Shown: positions 10,793 to 24,229, counted from the first letter of the stretch. The stretch is 42,170 bases of DNA from Jimgerdemannia flammicorona (GCA_003990765.1 RBNJ01000094.1:1-42170), one strand, 5' to 3'. Translations and numbers: made by a program. Notes: a model not told the origin generated them from the sequence alone.

Positions 10793-11335
10793 ATGTCAAT
10801 TACAACCCAATTCAAAGATGATCTGGCAGCAATAATCAACGACATAGTGCTGCACGATGCATCCGTGGTCTGTGCCAATGGGCAGGTCATCGGTGTGTAT
10901 AGTGCGGTACTTGCTGTCTGTTGTCCACTGTTCTGAACTATGTTTTATGGCAATGTACATTCCAAGCAGGTCCTGCTGGACGATGTGTCTGTCGACATGT
11001 TACACTACATCCTGCACTTCTTGCATGCTGAGCGACTGCCAAAGATCATGGATACTGACATCGCTGAACTCTATTGTGTCACAGTTCATCTAGATCTGCA
11101 CAAGCTACAAACGCAGCTTGTGGTGCGACTGATTGCCAAATTGAATGGCGAGGGTGGTAGTGTGCGTGCAAGTGAGCTTTTCGACAGGGCTATTGCATTA
11201 CGAATTGATCCAATACGTACACGCAAATTCTATGATACGCTCATCCAGGCTCTACCAGCGCAAAATATTACAACTGTCCAGTTACAGGCACTGGCGGGGT
11301 TAATCAATAATATAGGTGTGATCAGAGGACAATGA
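10793..11335 (+). pseudogene. BTB/POZ-domain protein, in-frame TGA at 10934-10936
   Basis: DLAAIINDIVLHDASVVCANGQVIGVYSAVLAVCCPLF*TMFYG..VLLDDVSVDMLHYILHFLH. Confidence 0.85.
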
Positions 11336-11586
11336 GATGTGGCAACCCAGACAAATGAAGATGGTTGATACATGTATATATTTGTATAGATCTTGTACTC
11401 TGTCTGGCTGTATGTGTGATTTAACTATCCTATTACATGTATTGCAAAACTTGTGAATCACATTTAATATACAAACTCGAGACATTGTTATGTGTCATAA
11501 CGTCCCTTGTACAATGGCGACTCGAAAATAGTAAAAGTGATATATAAAATATAAAATACAACATTTATTTGCTCCCAACGACTACC

Positions 11587-13441
11587 TTAGTTGGTATTGG
11601 TTAACGCCATCAATCCCTATACATTGCCCATGGTCTGCCACTGAATTGACTCATATCCACACAACATGCAATCATACTACACAACAACACCATCATCTGC
11701 ATAAACAAAGGCAATGCTAGCAGTGTTATCCAATACAGATAGGAATGCATCACCATGCTTGATATTATCTGCTAATATTTCATCCATTTTGTGCTCATAG
11801 ACAACACTTGATGTGTCATTCCTGTCCATATCCCAGATTCATATAGTGATACGAACAGTGTTACTTGCTTATTCTAGGGTGTGTATATCGATTGTCATGA
11901 TGTATGTTTTGTTATTTCTGGTAATAAAGAGTACTTCCATTGGCATAGTATTGGTCCCCGTCCATCCTACCGCAGTGAACACTGGACGCAAATCGGTGGT
12001 TGACAGTACTACTAATTTACTGCCGTCGTGGAATGCAATGTGGGTTTTGTCCAGGTTCATGGCAATTTTACAGAACATAGCCATTGACAGTCTAAACGTC
12101 TTGCCCTTGTCATGGTTGTCAGCTACGATCATCGTCGCCTGGTCATTAGCACCATACCAAATAAATGCACCCTTTCCGACTTGTACAAGCGGCAGTCTGT
12201 CACGTCTGGTTGTATCAGAACATCCAATCCCAAAATGGGCGACGATGTCATTGTTGTGGATGGATGATTTGATAACTCCAAGTGTGTTAAGATCTACAAT
12301 ATAGAATGTTGTCCAACTGACAACGATCGCCTGTATACCATCACCCAGCATAGCAATGTCGCCTGTAATTGGCTCATCACTATCATCAAGAAGAATCGAT
12401 GGTTGGTTACCAAACCATCGATATTTGGTTTCAAAATGTATAAGTATCGATCCTGTGGTAGCAAAGAGTTGTGATATCTACCTAGCAAAATTGCCGAGTT
12501 TGGTGTGTCTGATATTGCCATGCTGATTGTATCATATATGTTCATATCAGAGTCAAATATAGTAGTAGTCGGTAATGCGAATTCTTTGCAAGTAATTGAG
12601 GTCTTAAACATGGGTGATTTTGTTGATATATCCCATATAGACACACAGCCATCACCGCCACTGAAATAGACGGCCGTCATACAATCGTGTGTTGTGGTAA
12701 AATATCCAATTTGCATTTGGTGTGGGCTGGTTGTATCCTTAACAGGAGGTCCAAAATTACATGGTCCGGTGAATTGCGTCTGTATAGTGTTGCTGGGGAC
12801 ATCATCGAGGACTGTAATTTTCACATCGCCATGGTTTCCAGCAAAGTATATAACTGGATAAATAAGACATCGAGGCTTGTTTTTAAAAATTTCACAGATC
12901 TCTCCATTGATATTGCTTTATAGAAATGTAGAGCTGCTTGAATCATTGCAACTCATGCCAAACCCAATGGTGAGGTTGATTGGAAACATGTTGTAAGTAG
13001 TGCCATCAAAGTCTAAATGACCTGTTTTAAAGTCAAATTGATGAATCCATCCACGAACTAACCAAGCGAAAAACAGGAATATTATTATCAAATATATTAA
13101 AATTCATGCTCTAATGGGTTGCATCTAGTAATTACCAATTTCTGGCACAGAACATTTGGCTATAAACCACCGTTTGGTAACCACTCCTAAAATAACACCT
13201 CTGTAGAGAAGATAAGGTGTTATTAAATTATTCAAAGCTGATGTACTACATATATTGTCCACCAAACATACTGGATTAATTGTTCTTCTGTTAGCGTAAT
13301 TGTAAAGTAAAATGCCGTCAGAGGCTCTGGAAGATTTAGTTTTGTGTGTGGGGGTTTTGGTTTTTGAATTAGTTACACGATGCTATCTGTAATCGTGTAC
13401 ACTTCACCGACATCGAAGAGGGTTATTGAAGTGGGTTCCAT
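11587..13441 (-). pseudogene. Degraded beta-propeller (WD40-like) protein, possibly with N-terminal F-box; introns, stops and a frameshift
   Basis: ORF pieces 12294-12824 (YFSGGDGCVSIWDI) and 11869-12351 are beta-strand rich. Upstream exon from ATG 13441 contains LNLPEPLTAFYF. Exact gene model uncertain. Confidence 0.45.
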
Positions 13442-13717
13442 GGTAGTTGGTTGGCATTACAAATTGTGTATTCGACTGGCTATTTATGCCATGACATACT
13501 GTAACAATGATGGTCCAAAACACTCACACGTCCCCAACGCTGACGTCATACACATTATTTTGCTACAGATTTAACTACAACAATTTACATCAATTCCAAC
13601 AATATCCAATTCTGCAGAACTCTGGGTGGTATTATGCGATGTTCTGAGAGATGTTTAATTGTGTGTTAGGGATTAGTTACCAAATTGTAAAGGCAGGTCT
13701 ATCCGTTGACACCTAAG

Positions 13718-13795
13718 TGTGATGTTGTCGTTGGGGAAAGTACATTCACGTGGACAGGATTATCCCATCCACGTGAATGCACTTTCCCCGACGCT
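13718..13795. repeat. Dispersed palindrome copy 2 (centre 13761; right arm shorter)
   Basis: TGTGATGTTGTCGTTGGGGAAAGTACATTCACGTGGACAGGAT-T-ATCCCATCCACGTGAATGCACTTTCCCCGACGCT. Confidence 0.97.
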
Positions 13796-14006
13796 ATTTA
13801 ATTAATTATATTTGAAATTGGTAATATAGATGTGATATTAAATAGCATATATGATATCATTGCAAGAGCATGTTGTAATTGATATCGTATTTAGCCAGCT
13901 AAACTATCCTTAATGTGTAAACAGACGGTAACCAATGACTCGGACTTGAGGTTGTACTAATTGTACAATATAACAATCCCTGCCCCAACTATAGTGACAA
14001 ACAAAA

Positions 14007-14771
14007 ATGACACACTCCGCTACACAAGAGACAGTCTATGAAATGCTACTTCCGGGGTATGCCAAGGCAGCTCTACAGTCGTTGATTGTATGGGTGCAAT
14101 ACCAAGAGCTGCACCATGAGGATGGTTGTTGTGTACGCATCGTTCTATATGGGAGTGGCAAGGCCACGTTGGAGCTAGAATATTTCGACGGCACCTGTAA
14201 TTCGTACACAGTATCGGCTGCCGGATATGTCCCGCTGTTGAGATGTAATTTATGTAAATGCACCGAAGCCTATTCAACTGCAGACAATGGCATACCAAAA
14301 CATGGCTCACGACTGGAATGTGGTCATTTTATATACACGGATTGTATGAAGTCCATCTGGATCAACAATGGTCGCTGTCTCGATTGCAATCAACAGCTTG
14401 TACAAGGAGATCCAACGCATGTCACCCTAATTCAACAAAATAAGTTTCTCAGAATGATACTGAAGCATCAAAATATCGAATTTCCTGACCCCTTCCACCA
14501 TGACGAATGGTGGCATAAGTTCCGAATGCGCCACCTGATGGGAGCAGACAATGACGTCGCCACCACTGCTGTGGTCGTTGCCTCATCCACAACAACTACA
14601 GCGACGAACAGCAGTGAGCTGTCGTCACCACACATACAGCAACAAATATACTCTCCATCATGTAAGTCTATCGTTGGCGAGCCACAGGAGTCCAAAGGCA
14701 AAGGTAGCAAACTATCCACACCCACACCCACACCACCGTCTGGTGACAAGGACGCAGACGCAGTGCCATAA
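14007..14771 (+). CDS. RING-H2-like zinc-finger protein (putative E3 ligase; one His ligand is Tyr)
   Basis: CNLC...RLECGHFIYTDCMKSIW..GRCLDC. Confidence 0.75.
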   Translation: MTHSATQETVYEMLLPGYAKAALQSLIVWVQYQELHHEDGCCVRIVLYGSGKATLELEYFDGTCNSYTVSAAGYVPLLRCNLCKCTEAYSTADNGIPKHGSRLECGHFIYTDCMKSIWINNGRCLDCNQQLVQGDPTHVTLIQQNKFLRMILKHQNIEFPDPFHHDEWWHKFRMRHLMGADNDVATTAVVVASSTTTTATNSSELSSPHIQQQIYSPSCKSIVGEPQESKGKGSKLSTPTPTPPSGDKDADAVP

Positions 14772-14904
14772 ATTTCACTGGTGCGATCTGCAACCCAGGG
14801 CTGTGCCCCTCCAGAATATGGAGACAAATACGAGCATATTCCACTCAGCAGGCCAAAAAAGATCGATATTATCGGTGCATTACAATGCACAATGCATGTG
14901 AAGA

Positions 14905-15446
14905 ATGGACCCATTCAGCGAGTTGATCTCACCACAGGTGACTGCCCCGCAAACTGAGCAACAGTGGCAGCTCAGTTTGAGGCAGCAACAGATACAACAG
15001 CTGCCAAGGCGATTATTGCATACAAACACGCCGGCAGACACATTAATGAATACACCAAAACCCTCATCTGTTCCAACGATCGGAATGCTGTGATATCTGC
15101 AAACAAGTGGTACAAACATGAACTGTCGGCTCTGAATTTATCCGTTAACATCAACCATATCCATATTGCGCGAACAGTATATCAGCTATTCTGTGATATC
15201 GATGATGAGATATTAGGCAGGCTGCACGGCATCACAATTGGCAGACTCAAAGGACTCACACACCACGACAGATTACGTATATGTAATCAGATCAAGACAC
15301 TAATGATGACAGCCAAATCCTCTGCCAAGCCTGCCTCTGACATGGATGTCGACATGGAGCTCAATGTGCATTTCGACAGCCTCCCCTTCACAACTACACA
15401 GACTGTCACAACACTGTATACAACTGTCATAGGCATAGTGGCATAG
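14905..15446 (+). pseudogene. Small helical hypothetical protein, probably frameshifted near 14960
   Basis: ATG at 14905 is in one frame and the body is in ORF 14964-15446, containing IARTVYQLF..ILGRLHGITIGRLKGLT. Confidence 0.5.
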
Positions 15447-15907
15447 GCTGCTATTGTTTGGAAAGATATTGAGTTATTTGGGATATTATCTATTATAATG
15501 GCCAAAATCTGTACTTGAAATATTACGTTGGCAAAATAAATAACTATTAAAATCTGTTTGTTTAAGACATTATTTATTTTGAGTGTGATCACAAGCTCCT
15601 AGATGTAACTAATAATGTTCAGAAAATGGAATTTCATTAGGAGATGTCTATATATTGATCATAAATAAAATTCTGCCTGCTGAACTCTGTTTATTGAATA
15701 TGAGATTAAATTGATATGCATTTTATATAATTCATCTTATAATAGTCATAGTATTATCCTATTTTATAGTAACGAATATCATACCTCGTCTTATTCGAAT
15801 TATATAATATGTTTACAATTCATACATATTTATAAATAAAACATAGTTATTTGGCTTAAAATGCATCACAACATAGTTCATATATCATAGATGTAATTCA
15901 CGAGCAG

Positions 15908-17164
15908 TTACATTAAATATGCTCCAAATTCAGCAGAACAGCGATTCAACTGTTGCACTTTCAACATACCCATTAGATGTATGTTGTAGTGGTCTGCGAT
16001 CTTGGTGTTCTTGAGATAGCGATAGTGATTTACAAGCCATTTCAACACAGATGCTGTGTTTGCACTGTCGGTGTTTATGCTGGTGTTTAGCAAATCTGAT
16101 AGCAACTGTTCCAGTAGCTCACCAATCTGCTGGATCGATTGTTGGGTGTTACAGTTGGTGAGCACAGTGCAGAGCACGTTCATGACTCGAAGTTCCCTGG
16201 TAAAGGTTGCATTGGCCACCGTCTGCAATGTCGACACCAGCCGAGTGCGGAACTGAAGCACTGGTCGATGGGTATTGTCATGTAAACGTAAAGCACTGTC
16301 CATGGTATCGATCGCGCATGGGTCGCAGTCCTGGGCAACCTGTAACACAGTCCAGTATATTGCGAGTGTGATGCTGATCTGTATGTGTATGCCAGGTTCT
16401 TCGCGCACTTGTGCCAGCGCCTGTCGCCTATATTCGTCACATTTTGCAAGGCGATCTGTGTGGTAGTAGAACACACACAGATCTACTAATGTGTTATCAT
16501 ATGGCTCTTGTTTGGACAGTTTGTCCTGCATAGACCATACCAAAAGGCACTCTGTATCGTCGTTCTTCCTTTGTCGTGTGTATATTATGGCAAGGCAGGT
16601 TGTGATGTGCGGAATCAGTGGATGGTTTATATGGTGTGCGTTGCTGTCCAGCAACATCAGGGCATTCTGGAGGCGGACTGAGGCATCCGCATCGCAACCA
16701 GGTTGTTCAGCAAGCATGCAGCCATAGTTTGCAAACACCTCCACCTTTACAAGGGGGGACATAGTGGTAATATTTGTCAGCATCTCAAGATACTGGAAGA
16801 TGGCACCAGCCTTGACTACATCTCCATCCAGTCACCAGGTATTGGCCATCATAATTCGCACAGCTACAATAAAATGGTTGGTACGTGGATAGCTGATCCG
16901 CAGAATTGCGACCACATAGTTCCACATTTCTCGTGCAAAAGAATATAATCTACGACTACCGAACAGCTCTGCTATGTCCCGCAGTACAAAAGCTGTTATC
17001 TGTCCACCCTGCTGTCTGATTATAGTCCTTATTTCAGCATACACAGCTGCATTGCATTTGCTCAGTTTTGTAAAGGAGTCATTGATACACTGTTGTAGGA
17101 CTTGTGGATTCGACAGCGGATTCGACAGCCACCATAGAGGTGGCATAATTGAGTTGGAATACAT
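15908..17164 (-). pseudogene. TPR-repeat-like protein, in-frame TGA at 16832-16834
   Basis: ORFs 16832-17164 and 15908-16783 are in the same frame. HPLIPHITTCLAIIYTRQRKNDDTECLL and NTASVLKWLVNHYRYL resemble kinesin-light-chain-type TPRs. Confidence 0.6.
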
Positions 17165-17347
17165 AAAACACCCTTCGGATAATAAATATATATATCAGGA
17201 TTATGTTACATGGTACTAGTATTAGATTAATCATATGTTTGTGACTACCATCATTATATCTAGTCTCATTATTATTAAAACGGTTTGCTACATCCTAACA
17301 TATATATCCCAAGATGATTAAACAACACAAATCATAACTCTATTAAA

Positions 17348-20300
17348 ATGCCAAATAATAAGCAACCGCAACAATTTGATGATAGTAAAAACAGACGGAT
17401 ACGACACAACTCCAACCAACCACCGCTGCTACTACACCGCCTGCATTGGATGTGCCCACAGGCTCCGATCATAAACTGTGAGAGCGATGAACTCATGTTT
17501 CAGCAGATGGATATTCGCGTAGAGTTTTGCAATGGCGAGGAGATCGTGATCATGATTGGAACAACTATTGAGGGGTATAGTGTTATGTGTCGGGTGTGCG
17601 GATTTAGACTATATTTTTATATCTGCGCGCCCAACACTGTCCAACGGGACAATCTACCATTGTTGGTAGCATGGCTGCAATGGTATGTAAATGTGTCTGT
17701 GTGCAACTGTAGGATTGTTGATAGTAGAGACATATACAACTACACAGGGTCAGGCTTGGAACCATTCATTAGGTTCACCACTGCAACGGACGCCACTAGA
17801 CAACAACTGGTGAATTTTATACAGAATTGAACAGTCTTTGGTCCGCCCAGTTGCACCATTGTGCGTGATGGCAAATTGTATAAAAGCGATGTGAGTCCGG
17901 ATCTGCGATTCATGGTCGACCACACGATAACCAGGGCCGGATGGGTGCGAATCCCTGCTGGAAATTACATGTTGTGTGTCTCACGGACATCACACTGTCG
18001 GTATGAAGTCGAAACAGACGTCAACGCAATCCAGAGCGTGCCCTACAACTCCTGTGACGCGGGTTCATGCATCGCGCCCTTGCGGGTACTGAGCTTCGAT
18101 ATCGAGTGTCGCGGTCACAAGGGCATTTTTCCGGAGCCCGAACATGACCCTGTCATACAGATTGGCTGTGCTGTGGCTGTGTTGGGTGTGGCAGACCCAC
18201 CCAAACGCGTTGTGTTTGTGCTGGGGGGGTGCACCATGCCACTCGACGATTGCGAAGTGCGGGTACACACCTCTGAGAAGGCACTCCTGCTCGACTGGTA
18301 CCGGTTTGTGGTGTACGAGGTCGATCCAGACGTGCTGACAGGCTACATGATTACCAAGTTCGACATCCCATATCTGATTAACCGTGTGTGTGCATTGGGT
18401 ATTGAGCATACATTCGCACAGCTGGGCCAGATTGTCGACAGGGAAACCACAATCAACCAGAATGTTACAAAGACCAAGGCATATAGTATCAACAACACAA
18501 ACAAAATCGACATCGCGGGCCATCTACTGCATGATATCTATGATATGGTCTGTCTCGATTACAAGCTCCCTGGTGGAAACAAACTCAATGACATCTGCAA
18601 GCACTACCTTGATGGTGAAATGAAGGTGGACCTACACCACAGCATGATCACGCCGCTGCACGACGGCAGTAGCGATGACAGACGAAAACTAGCCGAGTAC
18701 TGCATATAGGACGCGACACTACCATTACTACTGATGGCGCGATTTGCGAGTATGACTAAGTATATTGAGCTGGCGTGCATCACAGGTGTACCATTCGCAT
18801 ATTTGTTACTGCACAGCCAGCAGATCCGGGCCATGTCACAATTCTATCGAAAGACACGTGAACTGAACTATCTCATTCCTGTATCCGATCCTGTCAAGGG
18901 TGTTATCGCAAATGGGCCACAGTACCAGGGCGCGAAGGTGCTCGACGCGACCCCTGGCTACTACCAAGTGCCAATCTGCATGCTTGACTACAGCTCGCTG
19001 TACCCGACCATCATGATCGACAACAATCTGTGCTACAGCACAATCGTCGACACTACCACGATTGTGCGTCTGCAGCTTGTCAAGGATGTAGACTACATTA
19101 CAATCAGGGGTAACGAAGCTGATGCCACAACCGACCATCACTTTGTAACCCCATTACAATGCAGGGGCGTCGTGCCACAGATTCTTACAACACTACTTGA
19201 CTGCAGGAACGCGGTCAAGAAAGAGCTTAAAGACGAAGGCGACGCTCTGAAACGTGCAATTTTAGATGCGCGCCAGCAGGCAATGAAGCTCTGTGCAAAC
19301 TCACTCTACGAGCTGACAGGCGTTGCCGGCGGAAAGCTTGCAAGTCTTGCAGTCGCCACCAGTGTTACAGCGAGTGGTCAAGGCATGATCAAACGGGCGA
19401 AATCGATGATTGAATTTACCTTTACCATCACAAAAGGCGAGAAACACGATGCCCAGGTGGTGTATGGCGACACAGACTCTGTGATGGTTAATTTTGGACC
19501 AATATCAGTTGCAGACACAATCGAACTCAGCAAACGTGCTGCAGGATTGCTGTCCAACATACCCGGTCATCGCGAGACGTTGAACTTCGAATGGGCATTC
19601 ATGCCATTCCTGCTTGTTGGTAAAAAGTGCTATGCAGGGCTGACGGGGGTCAATAACAGTTTGGTCATCAAAGGCATCCAGACTGTAAAGCACGACACAA
19701 GTGAGTATATTGCCACGACCGTTGAACGGTGTCTTGAGATCCTGTTTGCCAGCCCACAAGGTGGGCTCGATGCAATGACAATGCACATCAAGGACAAGAT
19801 CTGGGTGCTATTGCAAGATGAGCTTGATCCCGCTGTATTTGCTATTACAAAACAGTGGAATGCATCTCTGGTGTCGATGGCCCCAGGCCGACATGCACCG
19901 GGCCTAACAAATGGCACAGGCCCGCGCCAGAGAATCATGAAGGCTATGAGTTCAAAAATCCAACTACTGCTACAAGCAGATGTTCAACAGCAGCAGCCAC
20001 ACATCGCTGCTACCATCAGGAGTAGGTTAGTTGATGCGCCCGAATGTGGTGATCATGTCACATATGTGATTACAGCCAAAGCTGGAGGTGAGTGAGTGAA
20101 ATATACTAGTGTGATTATATATGAATATATATATATATGTGTATACTAATATTCAATAGTAAAATGTATAAGCAACAGGGCTGTACTGCTCCAGAGTGTG
20201 CTCGAGGATTGTCTGCCGATAGATCAGGACTACTACCTCCAGAGTTTGATACGACTACTGCTGACGATGTTCTCACCCGTGTTTGGTGGTGAAAAACGAA

Positions 20301-20392
20301 TGCATCGTGAAATATGTAAGTTTGCAGAATTTCGCAAATTCGCATGTATTTCATTCACTAATAATAATAATCATCATCAACATCACTGGTAA
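17348..20392 (+). pseudogene. Family B DNA polymerase, Pol-delta-like catalytic subunit; two in-frame stops (17828 TGA, 18707 TAG), one intron 20088-20159
   Basis: ExoI LSFDIECRGHKGIFPEPEHDPVIQI, ExoII PDVLTGYMITKFDIPYL, ExoIII YCI*DA, region II YQGAKVL..LDYSSLYPTIMIDNNLCYST, region III QQAMKLCANSLYELTG, region I YGDTDSVMV, and C-terminal VLEDCLPIDQDYYL. All in one frame. Confidence 0.96.
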
Positions 20393-20788
20393 TAGTCATG
20401 GGTGACCATATGCATAGTGGCGGTCAGTCTTCGCTCAGAGATTTCTGGACAACTACTTCCTCTCAATAGTTGTAATCATACCACAGGTTTAAACTTCACG
20501 GCCTGAGGATAACATATTTGTACTATTATATTGAAAGTGTGAGGAAATGGTAGTGATTATCTAATATCTATATTGTTGTTACATTTCATTCATAAGAGTC
20601 TTCTGACTATTCACGACCAAGACCAGTCTTCCCTCTATTGTTTTGCATATGTATAACAAATTTGAGATATATAAAATATCGTTGAAATAATTATCGAACT
20701 CACTAATATAAACATTTGCAAATAATGGATATTTATTTGTTCATTTATAACATCTCTTGATAATACAAATTTATTCGAGATCCAAACT

Positions 20789-21202
20789 CTATTCATTTAC
20801 TATTGAGATATACCACTGTGCATTGTTATCTTCCTTAGATGTGAATATACAGTTGCCATCATCACTGCGTGCAATAATATCCCTATTGTAGGAGGCAGGC
20901 ACAATTTTCACAGCATCTCCTGAGATGATAGGGTATCCGTGTCCAAACAGGGTTGTTTTTTCCAACACCCATTTATCCAAATCATTCAACGTTTTTGGTG
21001 CTAATCCACACAGAACAGAAATAGGAAATGAAACAGTTTCACTGCGATAAAGATAGATCCCATCCTTAACAATATGGATGCACTCGCCATATAGGATTCC
21101 CGAGGAGTGTGGGGTTGTGTAATGCAGAGTCCATGGTATTTTGTCATTTGTAGTTGTTATGCGTGGATGTGTTGGGTCAAACTTGGTTTCCGATACAGTC
21201 AC
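20789..21202 (-). CDS. Hypothetical beta-rich protein (possible beta-trefoil); probable upstream exon near 21269-21348
   Basis: 137-codon ORF preceded by an intron-like sequence (CTAAC..TAG) and ending in AQWYI. The upstream exon phase does not fit, so the model is uncertain. Confidence 0.35.
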   Translation of the reverse strand: MTVSETKFDPTHPRITTTNDKIPWTLHYTTPHSSGILYGECIHIVKDGIYLYRSETVSFPISVLCGLAPKTLNDLDKWVLEKTTLFGHGYPIISGDAVKIVPASYNRDIIARSDDGNCIFTSKEDNNAQWYISIVNE

Positions 21203-21442
21203 TATTGATACAATAATCAGTTAGTAAAACAAAATGGAATTTATATCTTTAAGTTGCATTATACATACAGTATATCACACTCTGGATTTTGCAAGTTTAG
21301 TGGTTGTGTAGTAAAATACACCTTGTTACCAGAGCTAATTTGTGCCATAGAGGTTGATAGTAGCTCAGAGCATAGGTAGGCGAGAACTACCTTAGATATG
21401 AAATACTTTAATGACATACTGAGTAATTATAAAGTGTGTCAT

Positions 21443-21525
21443 TCACGTCATCGTCAGGGAAAGTGCATTTATGTGGATGGGATTATCCCGTCCACATGAA
21501 TGCACTTTCCCCGACAATGACGTGA
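21443..21525. repeat. Dispersed palindrome copy 3 (83 bp, centre 21484)
   Basis: TCACGTCATCGTCAGGGAAAGTGCATTTATGTGGATGGGAT-T-ATCCCGTCCACATGAATGCACTTTCCCCGACAATGACGTGA. Confidence 0.97.
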
Positions 21526-21772
21526 CCGCCTTGTGTGCCTAATGGCTGTTGAGTTATCACTATTATCCTTCTTTAGAAGTACTATCATTCACGTACAACA
21601 CATATTGGGAAGATCAACATTGCTATTAAGACATGTGGCGAATGCTTTGCATTTGTGTCTATACATAGTACCGAGTTATATAGTTATACCATAGTATTGA
21701 CAGTCCCTAAGCTGACCATGGTTTACAATAAATAGCAGGTGTAGATATGCCGGAATCAACACTAACACCACC

Positions 21773-22503
21773 ATGCAAACCTCAGTGTGCCTCCTAGCTG
21801 AAATCTGTGCCTTCATCATCAACGATTTTAAATATATAGATCTGCTTCACTGCATGGATATTTCACCCACATTCTACTCTGAGGCAACTAGACATCTATG
21901 CATACAGCATGGCTTTGATCAAGACTCTGACCCAGAACTCTATCGGGCATTGAGGGCAGTCATTATACAAACAAAGGTCAGCATGCAGGGGGTAATGAAG
22001 CAGCGTTTGAATGCCTTTCTTGATCGCATGGTGTGCGAACAGTCATTTTGCGATGTACAAGTGACGAGGCAGTCGCAGCTGCCATGAGGATCATCTATAC
22101 GTTTGGGCCATTTGTGATGTAACTATACAAATGCGACCCATCAATGTACAGCCGAATTCGGTGGTGTCTGTACCACATAGCCAACCTCAAGGCGTTTGCT
22201 GTCGCCAGGTACCGCATCACCCATGAAAAATGCCACCTAGAGTATGACTTTGTTGATATACACAAACAAATTAACGCCAACAACAATCTGTCATTTTGGC
22301 TGTACTTTTTGGGTGATACTGAAACATCACAAATTATGTGTGCTAAATATAGAATAGTTCAGAGCTCCCCAGAATACATTTTCGGGAAGAGTGTTGATGT
22401 ATCAGAACTAGTATTTGATTGTGAGAGAACACTCCGCCGTATTACCCAATTGATTGCTCTTATTGACAAAAAAATGACAACCATCATATCAAACAATGAA
22501 TGA
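21773..22503 (+). pseudogene. F-box-like protein, frameshifted
   Basis: CLLAEICAFIINDFKYIDLLHCMDISPTFYSEATRHL fits an F-box (P>L). Continuation in ORF 22144-22503 is in another frame. Confidence 0.55.
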
Positions 22504-22701
22504 TGGTGGAGATTTGACAGAGTGTGTATATATGTACCTGAATGTCATTCTCTATCTCACTGTCGCAATGGACAAAGCATCATCACAAGGTACTTGTGTG
22601 AGATTTGTATCTGAACTGCATAGTATATATGTTAAGATATATATTTATAAATATATATAATATTCCCACATTTAGTAGTACCATCTACATTTGAACTGCT
22701 A

Positions 22702-23928
22702 GTGCTCCCACTCAAAATTATTCGGGAGATCTGGAAATGCATACAGACCGACCTCTCATTTGACCAGCTTGATTATCTGGCATTTTTGTTAGTTTCCTTT
22801 ACATGGTGGAATGCTACTCAGGATATTCAACTACCAAATCGTGTCTGGGAACTCAGTACATCACCGGTGCATCTTCAGAGGATTCTCGAAGAGAACAAGC
22901 ATCATAGATTCGGCTACAACACACAGATTAGCAGACATGCGATTGACCTCACTGGTATAATGCAAGATCACGATGTGTGTACAAGGGTGTGGCTCGATGC
23001 GCAGGTGGCCGTCCTGCAGATGCTGCCGAATTTACAGGTGTTGACAATCTCATGGACAACTCCTATCAGGCGGGAGCTGTATGCGATTGTGCAGCAATAT
23101 TTCAGTAGCATCGTCAATGCATGTCACACACATCTGACCCATCTGGAGTTCCACGGCCCACCCACTGGAGACTCTGTCAAACTTCCACACTCACTTATTG
23201 ATTCTTTTGCAAGCAAGCTGCGATGTCTCGAATTCCACAATCTTCCATTTCCCAACACCCGCGATGGTGTGCTAACCAATTGCATGAACTTGCAGGAGTT
23301 TACAATCTGCAATATTCAAACTGATTTGGATCCATCCATTGTTGTCCACTGGCCAAATCTCCAATGTCTTACCATTACCCAACATCCAGATGACCCGCAT
23401 GACCCCTACAGCTCTGATATCTTTCATCCGACAATTAGTGATGAAAATCAGCAGTATCTTTTGGAGAATCTTACAGGGTGCATCCATCTGCATCATTTTA
23501 AAATGTACTATGCTGGTGCATTCGCCGCCATGTGGGACATCGGACCATCCAGCAAATCAATTTGCGACCTTGTCGTGCATTGACAGTTTGATATATTCTG
23601 CATCTACAGCTAATATATTGACAATGATGTCATCTTAGCATTGGCAATAACCCAGCAGCACTATCTTCATTACCTCAAGCTAGGAAATAATTGCTATTCG
23701 GATCAGATGGATACCTGAGAAGCCAACTGGGGCTGGCCAGAATTGGAAGAACTGGATTTCGAGCATTTTAATGTGTCCGAGTCGTTTCTGGTCCAAGTTA
23801 TACAAAGTTGTACAAGGTTGACACATGTACGGCCATTGATTTCGGAAGATGCCCCAGATACAGCATTGCGCAATCTGGGGTTTGTTAATGAGTCCACCAG
23901 CGGATTCTATATGCATCATATTGTGTAA
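22702..23928 (+). pseudogene. F-box/LRR protein with three in-frame stops from 23581 onward
   Basis: LPLKIIREIW..LLVSFTWWNA F-box. LRR-type LPNLQVLTI, CMNLQEFTI, WPNLQCLTI, WPELEELDF, CTRLTHV continue in the same frame to TAA 23926-23928. Confidence 0.8.
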
Positions 23929-24229
23929 TATATACCCAATAAATATATTTGTCGAGTGATACTCATGGCCATGAGTCCATATTTGGTATTTTACAACCAG
24001 AGTTTATTGAACAGATATGAAATGTGTCTGACACAGTGTTAATGAATTTTTGGTGTTAAATATAATTTACTACAAGTATACCTACATCTATATACACAAA
24101 CTAAACTTCTGAAACATCGGATTACATTGGGAAATTAGCCAGAATACATTCGATGAGTTGTAGATAAATCATGACTGCTTTTCATGTGGTGCACCGAGTC
24201 TGGACTCGATGCTGTATTGAGTGTGTCAT

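Noticed and set aside
17348-20392. The host's functional POL3 gene
   Set aside because: Two premature stops, an altered region III, a divergent thumb and no CysA/B domain; an essential gene could not be in this state.
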